A stretch of DNA of 11,728 nucleotides from Silvanigrellaceae bacterium (lineage in GTDB: Bacteria; Bdellovibrionota_B; Oligoflexia; Silvanigrellales; Silvanigrellaceae). Of the stretch, positions 1 through 6,944 are shown piece after piece (the stretch's first letter is position 1; each line of letters begins with the position of its first letter). The stretch lies in the NCBI GenBank assembly GCA_049423385.1, contig JBMSQQ010000101.1, forward strand, positions 1 to 11,728, read 5' to 3'. The notes beneath the pieces are model-generated. The model had not been told where the DNA came from and ran no database searches. It worked only from the letters and a program-made list of their open reading frames with translations. A program made the position numbers and the translations under genes.

Positions 1-250
1 TGACCAACAGACGGCCTGCATCTGCGGTGATGGCAACGGTCCGCCAGCGTTGCTTAATTTTTTGACTGATCCACGGGCCAAAAAGAAAGACGGGAATGGC
101 CTGAATTATGAAGACTGCTGCCAGACCGGCTGCTGGAGTCCATGGGCTGTTCTCAAAAAGAAAATTCCGCAGTCCCAATGCCCAGAGATGATCGCCGATC
201 TCGCTGAAGGCCTGTGAAACAATAAAAATACTGTAATCGGCCCAACTCAT
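1..250 (-). CDS. MFS transporter, N-terminal part (continues past the left edge)
   Basis: Hand translation from ATG at 250-248 (GGAG 5 nt upstream) gives MSWADYSIFIVSQAFSEIGDHLWALGLRNFLFENSPWTPAAGLAAVFIIQAIPVFLFGPWISQKIKQRWRTVAITADAGRLLV. This fits the TM1-TM3 pattern of DHA3/MFS_3-type exporters (SQxxSxIGD, P-x-LFGP, ADxxR). The frame is open to the edge and is not in the ORF track. Confidence 0.85.
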   Translation of the reverse strand, partial: MSWADYSIFIVSQAFSEIGDHLWALGLRNFLFENSPWTPAAGLAAVFIIQAIPVFLFGPWISQKIKQRWRTVAITADAGRLLV

Positions 251-266
251 GGAATCTCCGGTTTGT

Positions 267-325
267 GGCCGTTCGGAAGAGCGGCCATTGCATCTTTGAA
301 CATCCGCTCTTCCAAAGGAACGGCC
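267..325. promoter_or_regulatory. 18-bp inverted repeat (long hairpin) in the presumed 5' leader of the MFS gene
   Basis: GGCCGTTC-GGAAGAGCGG (267-284) pairs with CCGCTCTTCC (304-313) plus GAACGGCC (318-325), with a 4-nt bulge and a 19-nt loop. The function is inferred only. Confidence 0.45.
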
Positions 326-503
326 TTGCTGCCCTTTCTTTACCCGTGTTTGGCACCGAGGTCCAAAATCCCCACTGCCAATTTAAGAGACCAAAATGGT
401 TTGATTAAATCTCTGCGCCGAAGGACTGTCTGGACTATTGGGTCAAGGATTTTAGGTTTTTGACCGATTCCCCTCCACTTTTTTCGCTTTGGGAGGAATT
501 TTT

Positions 504-704
504 ATGCTCCGTGCATCAAGCGTGGCCATTGGATTGTGGGTCGACCCCTGCACCCACAATGGAATTGGCGCAGGCGGCTTTGGTCTCGTTTATAAACGCG
601 ACAAGAGCTGCAAGGCGCAGCTGGGGGGATCCACGTTTTCGATGAGCCATCGCCTCGGAAAGTCGATCATGGATTTGCAAACCATGGGCAGAGTCTATTA
701 TTGA
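504..704 (+). CDS. Small hypothetical protein (66 aa) upstream of rimM
   Basis: GGAGG at 492-496 lies 7 nt before ATG 504. The product is MLRASSVAIGLWVDPCTHNGIGAGGFGLVYKRDKSCKAQLGG...GRVYY. No family recognised; it resembles neither S16 nor a KH protein. Confidence 0.45.
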   Translation: MLRASSVAIGLWVDPCTHNGIGAGGFGLVYKRDKSCKAQLGGSTFSMSHRLGKSIMDLQTMGRVYY

Positions 705-744
705 GCCCCCTCGTCGCCGGTTTCGACGCGGAGGAAAGCGTTTC

Positions 745-1308
745 ATGAAGAGCAATCATGGTGCACAGCAACCCGAGACAGTGCCTGAAGGGTATTTTTG
801 GCTTGGCCAGGTCGGACGACCCCATGGGGTCAAGGGAGCTTTTTTCCTCAAGACCGAGGATAACCGGTCGGAATGGCCTGGCTACCGGCAATTGCTTTTG
901 AAAACACCGGGACAGGCAGACAAGCTGCTGACTGTTGAAAAGGCCTACCTCAGCGGAGGCAAACTTGCGATTTCCGTTGCAGGCATCGCACAACGCGAAG
1001 CCTGCGAGTCTCTTTACAACGCACATCTGTTCGTCGCCCGGGGTGAAATCAAAAAGGGCTCGGATGAGCACATTGTCGGCGAACTTGTGGGTTGCTCGGT
1101 TGCGGTTGAAGGCTGCGAAGGCGTCTATGGAACCGTTGTGGCGGTGCATAATTTTGGAGCCCAGGAAACCCTCGAAATCCAGAAAAAAGACAGCGAAGAA
1201 ACCATCTACTACCCTTTTCTGGAAGATTTCATCCTGAGTGTCGATGAAGGAAAGAAATGGGTTGTTGTGAAAAACGAACCGGCTTTTTTGGATGATCAGA
1301 ACTCATGA
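745..1308 (+). CDS. rimM: Ribosome maturation factor RimM
   Basis: N-terminal LGQVGRPHGVKG motif; PRC-barrel segment ELVGCSV..GTVVAVHNFGAQETLEI..YPFLEDFILSVD; GGAGG at 730-734; ATGA overlap with trmD. Confidence 0.97.
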   Translation: MKSNHGAQQPETVPEGYFWLGQVGRPHGVKGAFFLKTEDNRSEWPGYRQLLLKTPGQADKLLTVEKAYLSGGKLAISVAGIAQREACESLYNAHLFVARGEIKKGSDEHIVGELVGCSVAVEGCEGVYGTVVAVHNFGAQETLEIQKKDSEETIYYPFLEDFILSVDEGKKWVVVKNEPAFLDDQNS

Positions 1309-2051
1309 CGTTGCGTCTCACTGCCTTCACGCTTTTTCCTGGAATCTTTTCTCCACTCCTTGAGGAAGGCGTTTTTGCACGGGGAATAAAGAATCAGCTG
1401 TTGAAATTTGATGCGGTCAATCCACGTGACTTTTCCGAGGATGTCAGACGAACCGTTGATGGTCATCCTGTGGGTGGCGGTGACGGAATGGTTCTGCTGC
1501 CGGATGTTTGCACACGTGCCCTCGATTCTGTCTGCGGTCCGACGACGAAAGTCGTGCATGTGTCTCCGGGCGGAAAAGTTTTCGACAATCACTGGGCAAG
1601 GAAACTGGCGAGTGAAACAGATCATCTGGTTTTCTTGTGCGGCCGTTATGCCGGATTCGACGAGCGATTTGTTTCGAGCCGAGCTCACTATGAATTGTCT
1701 GTCGGAGATTTTGTCTTGTCTGGTGGTGAACCAGCGGCGATTTGCATGTTGGATGCCATCTCCAGATTTGTACCTGGAGTTTTGGGAAATTCAGTGAGCG
1801 CGGTTGCTGACAGTTTTGAAGATGGGCTGCTTGAGGCTCCCCAGTATTCACACCCCATTGACTTTGCCGGGCAGAAAGTTCCCGATGTCCTCCTCTCCGG
1901 CAATCATGCAGAAATTGCACGGTATCGGCGCAAGGAGCAGCTCAAGCGGACAGCTCTGCACAGACCTGATTTGCTCTTGCGAATGTGGGATTCCTTGACC
2001 AGGTCTGAACAGAAACTGATTGAGTCCATTTGGCGTTCGTCCAGGCCCTGA
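1305..2051 (+). CDS. trmD: tRNA (guanine37-N1)-methyltransferase TrmD
   Basis: Motifs TLFP, NPRDF, TVDxxPxGGGxGMV, CGRYxGxDER, LSVGDFVLSGGE, RFVPGVLG, DSFEDGLLE-PQY and VPDVLLSGNH; directly follows rimM. Confidence 0.98.
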   Translation: MTLRLTAFTLFPGIFSPLLEEGVFARGIKNQLLKFDAVNPRDFSEDVRRTVDGHPVGGGDGMVLLPDVCTRALDSVCGPTTKVVHVSPGGKVFDNHWARKLASETDHLVFLCGRYAGFDERFVSSRAHYELSVGDFVLSGGEPAAICMLDAISRFVPGVLGNSVSAVADSFEDGLLEAPQYSHPIDFAGQKVPDVLLSGNHAEIARYRRKEQLKRTALHRPDLLLRMWDSLTRSEQKLIESIWRSSRP

Positions 2052-2106
2052 TTCGGGCCTGTCGACCCGGACGGCCAAAAATTCCCATCTCCTTCCTGAA
2101 AGTTCC

Positions 2107-2115
2107 TGCTATTCT
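2107..2115 (+). promoter_or_regulatory. Extended -10 promoter element (TGnTATTCT), probably giving a leaderless transcript
   Basis: TG at 2107-2108 and TATTCT at 2110-2115, followed by 6 nt to ATG 2122. There is no SD-like sequence upstream. Confidence 0.45.
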
Positions 2116-2121
2116 TGAAAC

Positions 2122-3222
2122 ATGAAAGAACGTTTGGGAGAAAAGCTTGAAACTGCAATTGCGGATGCGTTGGCTGACAGCCGAACGCTTGCCCTTTTGA
2201 TTGCCCGCATCAAATTGCATTCCTCGAATACAAAGGAAAAAAAACACTCAAAGCAATTTTCCGCCCTGCTTGCGGGATTGGAGAAACTGTCGACAATCTT
2301 CGCCCTGAAGAAAATCGTCTCGCGAAACAGCGAGATTGCAGACACATCCCCGTTTTTTGGTGGACTTCCGCGCTGGGTGTTGCAGGTGGATTCGCAATTT
2401 TCCCATTACGTCAACCCGCCTGGCGATGGACAAATTGAGTGGTCTTCGAAGCGGCGGAATCTCTGGAACTGCATCGAGGCAACAGTTCCCGACGATATGC
2501 GGGATCAACTTCTGGCATGGCGCTGGAAGGCCGAGTTGCACGCATTTTGCAAAATGAAAGCAGAGCTGGATGAGTCGCGTGCCAGAATGGCTGTCATGGA
2601 AAAGGCGTTGGAACTTGAAGACTCACGATGCCGGCAAAACGAGCGGGCTCCGGGCCTTCTGGACAGGATCAAGATCCTGATCTGGTCACGACGCACAAAA
2701 AAAGACGAGCTGCAGCTGGAAAAAATGGAATCGATAAAACAGAAGAAAAATATTGAAGTTGGAGAAACCCTTCGCGAGTGCGAGCGTCTTGCTGCGTTGG
2801 TTGCGGTGGAAGTGAAAACCACATGCGTCGACTGTGGCGAGTTTTTTCCGACCGTTTTTGAAGAATTTGTTCGGGCCATGGACAATGAAATCGGGAAAGA
2901 GTTTTCTTCCTCAGCTGAAGAGAAGCTGATTGAAAACGAGGCGCTCCGTCGAGAGATTGCAAACAAGACGCAAGTTCATGAATCAGAAATGCGCAGAATA
3001 AACGCGCCTGAAAACAGAATGACACGCACCATTGATGGAGAATGGGAGCGCTTGTTCAGAGATTCCCAGGATTTGATTCAAAGAGAATTTCTCTGCCTGA
3101 ACTCCTTCGAGATGGAGCAGCAGGAAGATGCACGGATTCGCTGGAAATCCGCTGTGGAACAGATGGTCAAATTGCTCAGGACAGCAGAGGAGAACATGCT
3201 TCATGGGCGTGGTTTCAATTGA
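2122..3222 (+). CDS. Hypothetical alpha-helical/coiled-coil protein with a lone CxxC (366 aa)
   Basis: Long E/K/R/L-rich ORF with heptad-like stretches; CVDCG at 2824-2838; no signal peptide or TM segment evident. Confidence 0.8.
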   Translation: MKERLGEKLETAIADALADSRTLALLIARIKLHSSNTKEKKHSKQFSALLAGLEKLSTIFALKKIVSRNSEIADTSPFFGGLPRWVLQVDSQFSHYVNPPGDGQIEWSSKRRNLWNCIEATVPDDMRDQLLAWRWKAELHAFCKMKAELDESRARMAVMEKALELEDSRCRQNERAPGLLDRIKILIWSRRTKKDELQLEKMESIKQKKNIEVGETLRECERLAALVAVEVKTTCVDCGEFFPTVFEEFVRAMDNEIGKEFSSSAEEKLIENEALRREIANKTQVHESEMRRINAPENRMTRTIDGEWERLFRDSQDLIQREFLCLNSFEMEQQEDARIRWKSAVEQMVKLLRTAEENMLHGRGFN

Positions 3223-4120
3223 CAGTCTTATAAAAATGGCCCAGGACGAGCCGCAAAGGGTGCGCAAGGTCATCGATGAATTGATTGAACATGAGTTGTC
3301 ATCCAATTCGTCACTGAAGATGTTCTTCGAAACATCCATGCGATTCGAAGAACAGTGGCGAAAGGTCAGCGAACTTCGTCTGGTGGTTGACGAATCCATC
3401 ATTGCGGCCCGCAAGAACTATCGGGAGCTGCTCAAAAAGACCGAGGCTTCGGCAATGCGCGGAAGTCCCCGATTGTACTGGTTCGCAAAGCAGCTTTTTT
3501 CACGCATCAGAAAAAATTCAATTGAGTATCAGATCGCAGAGGCTGAGCATAAATTAGAATCATTGCGCACGGCGCAGCAGGTGTTGATGACGCTGTTGGA
3601 AAAAACAAGAACAGGCATGAACAATGAGGTTGGCGAGTTGTTGCTCAGCCGGGAGCTCGCAGAACAGAAGTCCCGCAAACATTCCAGCGAAATTGAACTG
3701 ATTCGAAATGAATACAACACTTCCGGGACGACCAATCTTGAACTCAAGAACATTCTTCAGCGCATGGAAATCAAGCAGTCGGTTGTTGAGGCTGTAGTCA
3801 GGGACCTGGGTTGTATCGACGGTCCAGAAGGGCAGCATTGCCAACCCAAAACCATCGACTCGCCAAGAATGTTGACGTCAAAGTTACCTTATGTTGGATT
3901 TTCAAATCGACCCAAGCTCAAGACACTTATCGAAAAGAGTGAATATGCGGCAGAGCATGCAGAGCGTGATCTCGAGAAGGTCAGGGAGGGTTTGAAATTC
4001 GCCAATGAAGCCGCAGTGAATGGCAGGGCTACAAGTGTATCAATCGACTGGCTTGCCTATTGCAAGGAAATTGTCACCCGTTACGAGGAAGTTGCTGCAC
4101 AACACGTGACACCACATTGA
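3203..4120 (+). CDS. Hypothetical alpha-helical/coiled-coil protein (305 aa)
   Basis: Long E/K/L/R-rich ORF. The start is moved from 3128 to ATG 3203 (GAGGAG at 3187-3192; 20-nt overlap with the upstream gene). ATG 3236 is an alternative start. Confidence 0.8.
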   Translation: MGVVSIDSLIKMAQDEPQRVRKVIDELIEHELSSNSSLKMFFETSMRFEEQWRKVSELRLVVDESIIAARKNYRELLKKTEASAMRGSPRLYWFAKQLFSRIRKNSIEYQIAEAEHKLESLRTAQQVLMTLLEKTRTGMNNEVGELLLSRELAEQKSRKHSSEIELIRNEYNTSGTTNLELKNILQRMEIKQSVVEAVVRDLGCIDGPEGQHCQPKTIDSPRMLTSKLPYVGFSNRPKLKTLIEKSEYAAEHAERDLEKVREGLKFANEAAVNGRATSVSIDWLAYCKEIVTRYEEVAAQHVTPH

Positions 4121-4129
4121 CGAGATCGC

Positions 4130-4168
4130 TTGTACAAATCCACCCCGCCTTTTTAACATCGTGATGTT
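4130..4168 (+). promoter_or_regulatory. Putative sigma70-type promoter with an overlapping palindrome
   Basis: TTGTAC (4130-4135)-N18-TAACAT (4154-4159). The perfect inverted repeat AACATC-GT-GATGTT (4155-4168) overlaps the -10 and the expected +1. Confidence 0.35.
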
Positions 4169-4212
4169 CGTCTCCGGGCGTGCCCGCAAGGGATTCATGG
4201 GAGTGACTCAGA

Positions 4213-5385
4213 ATGATCAGTTTGTTGCGCAAGACTTCAGTCGGCTTGGCCATTTCACTGGTGGCCACGGTGGCCCATGCCGAGGCACCATCACTGCGGA
4301 TTCCTGGTTACGTTGTTGGAGCAAGACCCTCTGCACTTGGGGGCGCCTTCACTGCTGTTGCAGATGATCAGAATGCGCTTTTCTACAATCCTGCAGGTTT
4401 GGCGAAATTGGATTCGAAATTCGCGGCGCTTGCCGACATGTCCGCAACATTCAGCCTTGGTTCTGGCGGCTTCGGCGCAATGGTGGACGACTTCGACAAG
4501 GTTGCTGCATCGACAAAAGGCTTCTCCAGCGGTGGCAGCACGCCAGACATGATCGACAAATTTGCAAAAATTGGAGATGTTGTTTCGAGCCGGACTGCTG
4601 CAATGGGTTCCAAATTGCAATCGTATTGGGCGCAACAGCGTTGGGGATTCGCCGCCACGATTGGGTTCGATTTTGGCTTGGGAGTGCACGCAAAAGTTCT
4701 TCCCGAGCTCGCAGACATGGCAGTGAACGGCGATCTTGACGCGCGCATTGGCTATGCTCACCCTTTTCTGGATGGGAAACTCAATCTGGGTCTTGCGCCG
4801 TATTACAAGCTTCGCGCCCAGGGAGGGCGTGCCAACTTTTCGCTGGCAGATGCTGTCGACGCGAAGCAAACACTCAAGAGCATTATCGGAATTGGTCATG
4901 GAGTTGGTGTTGATTTTGGCATGATGGTCACCCCCATTGAAGCCATGTCACCCACTTTCGGGCTTGCGGTTTTGAATGTCGGAGACACCCGTCTCTACAA
5001 GACAGGCTCGTCGCTTTTCGCTGACGTCCCGCTGTTCAGTGATATTGAAGTTCTCGGAGCGCCAGACCTCATCAAACAGATCGTGAATGTCGGCTTCAGC
5101 ATTTCACCTGTGGATGGCCCTGGTTTTGTGCGATTGTCAGGAGAATTGAGAGAAATCAATCGGCCGAGTGCGGGAGAGCTCAAGCCAGCATTTGGAGCTG
5201 AAGCAGGCTTCCGTTCGCGATACATTCGAGCCTTGATTGATGGTGGCTGGGGAAATGGGGGCTGGTCTGCCGGCGTGGAATTGCGTTCATTCCTCAAGCT
5301 GCGTCTGGCGAGTTACATTGAGCCAAATCTGTTTTTCGACCGCAAGGAAAACCAGAGAGTCTGGTTGTTGACTTTCGGACTCTGA
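4213..5385 (+). CDS. Outer-membrane beta-barrel of the FadL/PorV/TraF-like superfamily
   Basis: Sec signal peptide ending AHA-E; hallmark N-terminal motif GARPSALGGAFTAVADDQNALFYNPAGL (4318-4401); GHGVGVDFG and TFGLAVLNVG strands; amphipathic C-terminal strand RVWLLTFGL. Confidence 0.88.
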   Translation: MISLLRKTSVGLAISLVATVAHAEAPSLRIPGYVVGARPSALGGAFTAVADDQNALFYNPAGLAKLDSKFAALADMSATFSLGSGGFGAMVDDFDKVAASTKGFSSGGSTPDMIDKFAKIGDVVSSRTAAMGSKLQSYWAQQRWGFAATIGFDFGLGVHAKVLPELADMAVNGDLDARIGYAHPFLDGKLNLGLAPYYKLRAQGGRANFSLADAVDAKQTLKSIIGIGHGVGVDFGMMVTPIEAMSPTFGLAVLNVGDTRLYKTGSSLFADVPLFSDIEVLGAPDLIKQIVNVGFSISPVDGPGFVRLSGELREINRPSAGELKPAFGAEAGFRSRYIRALIDGGWGNGGWSAGVELRSFLKLRLASYIEPNLFFDRKENQRVWLLTFGL

Positions 5386-5445
5386 AAAATACCAATGCAC
5401 AATTGGCTGACTCTGGTTTAAGTCGCATCCCGGAAGGACTTGTTT

Positions 5446-6174
5446 ATGAAATTGAGAGCTCATCGAATTGTTTCTGCGTCTGCACTTCTGACTTTTGTTG
5501 GTCTGATTTCTGTTGTTCCTGCAACTGCATTCGCAGAAGAGACAAAGCCCGAAAGTGCAGCCACGGAAGGCAAACCTCAAGCACCCGTGGTCCAGGAAAA
5601 TCAATCAACGAACGAATCCAATCCTGCGCCAGCCTCGGCAACCGCGGCGGCTCCTGCAGCAAGCAAGCCTCCTGCCGCACCCGAATGGACATTTCAATTG
5701 CGGGCGGGACTCGGTAATGGTCGGCTTGCCTCCCAGAAGTCCTTCAAAAGCGACAGGCTGGGTGTGGGAGTCTTTTTTGGCAAAACTTTTCCGGAATTGG
5801 ATGTTTCATTGCCCTTTCTGGACATCAAAAACACAACTCTTGGAGGCGGCTATCTCAGCTTCAGTGGCGTTGATGCCTCGGCTGACCGCAGCTTTTCTGC
5901 GCAAAGTTACAGCGCGCAGGCTTCCGTGACAGCATCCCCATTTTCAGGAAACCTTTTTGACTTGAGTCTTCAGGGTGGGGTCGCTCTGCAGCGCATGGTT
6001 TCTCAAGAACCGTTGCGATTGTCTGAAGACGTGAAATACGGAGGCGGCCTCACCGGCGGTGCATTCGTGAGGACTCAAATTTTCGACGGAGTTCAGCTGT
6101 TGGGTGGAGTGGACCTCGTGTTGGGGTCGGCAAGTTGGTACGCTGCATCGCTCGGTCTTGAAAGCAATTTTTAA
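5446..6174 (+). CDS. Small outer-membrane beta-barrel protein with a Pro/Ala-rich N-terminal linker
   Basis: AAGGA lies 7 nt before ATG 5446. Signal peptide ends AFA-E, followed by a ~50-aa P/A/S/T/E linker and about 8 amphipathic strands. C-terminal beta-signal-like YAASLGLESNF. Confidence 0.8.
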   Translation: MKLRAHRIVSASALLTFVGLISVVPATAFAEETKPESAATEGKPQAPVVQENQSTNESNPAPASATAAAPAASKPPAAPEWTFQLRAGLGNGRLASQKSFKSDRLGVGVFFGKTFPELDVSLPFLDIKNTTLGGGYLSFSGVDASADRSFSAQSYSAQASVTASPFSGNLFDLSLQGGVALQRMVSQEPLRLSEDVKYGGGLTGGAFVRTQIFDGVQLLGGVDLVLGSASWYAASLGLESNF

Positions 6175-6175
6175 T

Positions 6176-6802
6176 TCAGGGCGTCGCTGTTGAGTTTTTA
6201 ACGTCCTTGAGATTCTGTTCCTTGAACTGTTCAAGTTCGACCGCGCCGTCGACAGGCTGTCCGCCACAATCGAGAGTTCCTCCATCCTGTAGACCTGCAT
6301 TCGACAACGATGCCTTGGTGCCTGTGGCGAGAAGAATTTTTCCATCCGCAGGAATTGCAAGGTTTGCGACGTTGGCTGGATCCAGAGAATAATCTGCGAG
6401 GGATTTCTGAATCTCTGTGCTTTCAAGTTTGAGTGAAGTCAGTGAGCTCATCAGTCCACTTTCCGGTGCGAACACGAAAAGGTTTCTGATTTCCTTTCCG
6501 CTCGTCAACTTTGCAGAGAATTCCATTCCGAGAACTTTTTCTTCATTTGCGACGTAGAATTTTCGGGTCCGGTAGTCGGCACCGTTGCATTGCCCCTGGC
6601 AGGATACGCGGACTCCTGCCTTGACGTCACCGGGTGCCTCCTGGAAAAACGGAGAAACCATCGAACAGAGCGTCACCATTGAGTCTCCGCCACCCACAAG
6701 GTCCTTGGTTTTGGATTGATTGTAGCCTCTCTGTTTGCAGGATGTTGAGAGAGCCGAGATTGCACATGCAAAAATAAATGTTTTCACCTGGATTTGAATC
6801 AT
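6176..6802 (-). CDS. Hypothetical lipoprotein (208 aa)
   Basis: The start is moved to ATG 6802 (GGGAGG 8 nt upstream). MIQIQVKTFIFACAISALSTS-C22 is a lipoprotein-type signal, and the mature part has four further Cys. Confidence 0.8.
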   Translation of the reverse strand: MIQIQVKTFIFACAISALSTSCKQRGYNQSKTKDLVGGGDSMVTLCSMVSPFFQEAPGDVKAGVRVSCQGQCNGADYRTRKFYVANEEKVLGMEFSAKLTSGKEIRNLFVFAPESGLMSSLTSLKLESTEIQKSLADYSLDPANVANLAIPADGKILLATGTKASLSNAGLQDGGTLDCGGQPVDGAVELEQFKEQNLKDVKNSTATP

Positions 6803-6944
6803 GTCTTTTGCCTCCCAGGGCTTGGCCGGTGGAATCGTCTGCGGGTGTTTCGTCGCGTCGGGATGTTTTGGATATGGAAAAATTTGCAGGGCGCGATGAT
6901 CGAATGACGCTGCTATAAGCCACAACGTTCAAAGGGGTGGGTGT

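Noticed and set aside
2..217. Open plus-strand Cys-rich frame (..ACICGDGNGPP..EDCCQTGCWSPW..) that looks like a gene end
   Set aside because: It is the codon-aligned antisense shadow of the MFS gene; its Cys codons (TGC) are the complement of Ala codons (GCA).
251..480. SRP RNA, 6S RNA or a known riboswitch in the intergenic region
   Set aside because: No SRP GGAA/GCAGC core and no recognisable aptamer. A short CGGAGATTCC resemblance to the E. coli 6S 3' end coincides with the MFS RBS and lacks the rest of the rod. An Rfam search is still needed.
489..704. rpsP or KH-domain protein called by position
   Set aside because: No S16 (IRL.R.G, P.YRIV) or KH (GKVIGK.G) motifs in the ORFs here.
2056..2076. 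Intrinsic terminator after trmD
   Set aside because: The stem is short and bulged and is followed by As rather than a U-tract on the plus strand.
3128..3202. N-terminal extension of the second coiled-coil ORF given in the track
   Set aside because: It gives a 95-nt overlap with the upstream gene and an atypical composition; ATG 3203 has an SD.
4213..5385. Conjugative element or type IX secretion locus implied by TraF/PorV similarity
   Set aside because: There is no relaxase, T4SS, integrase or T9SS gene in the window, and the motif is shared by non-conjugative barrels.
6803..6925. 41-aa N-terminal extension of the lipoprotein
   Set aside because: ATG 6802 has GGGAGG upstream and puts the signal peptide at the N-terminus; the extension occupies the divergent promoter region.
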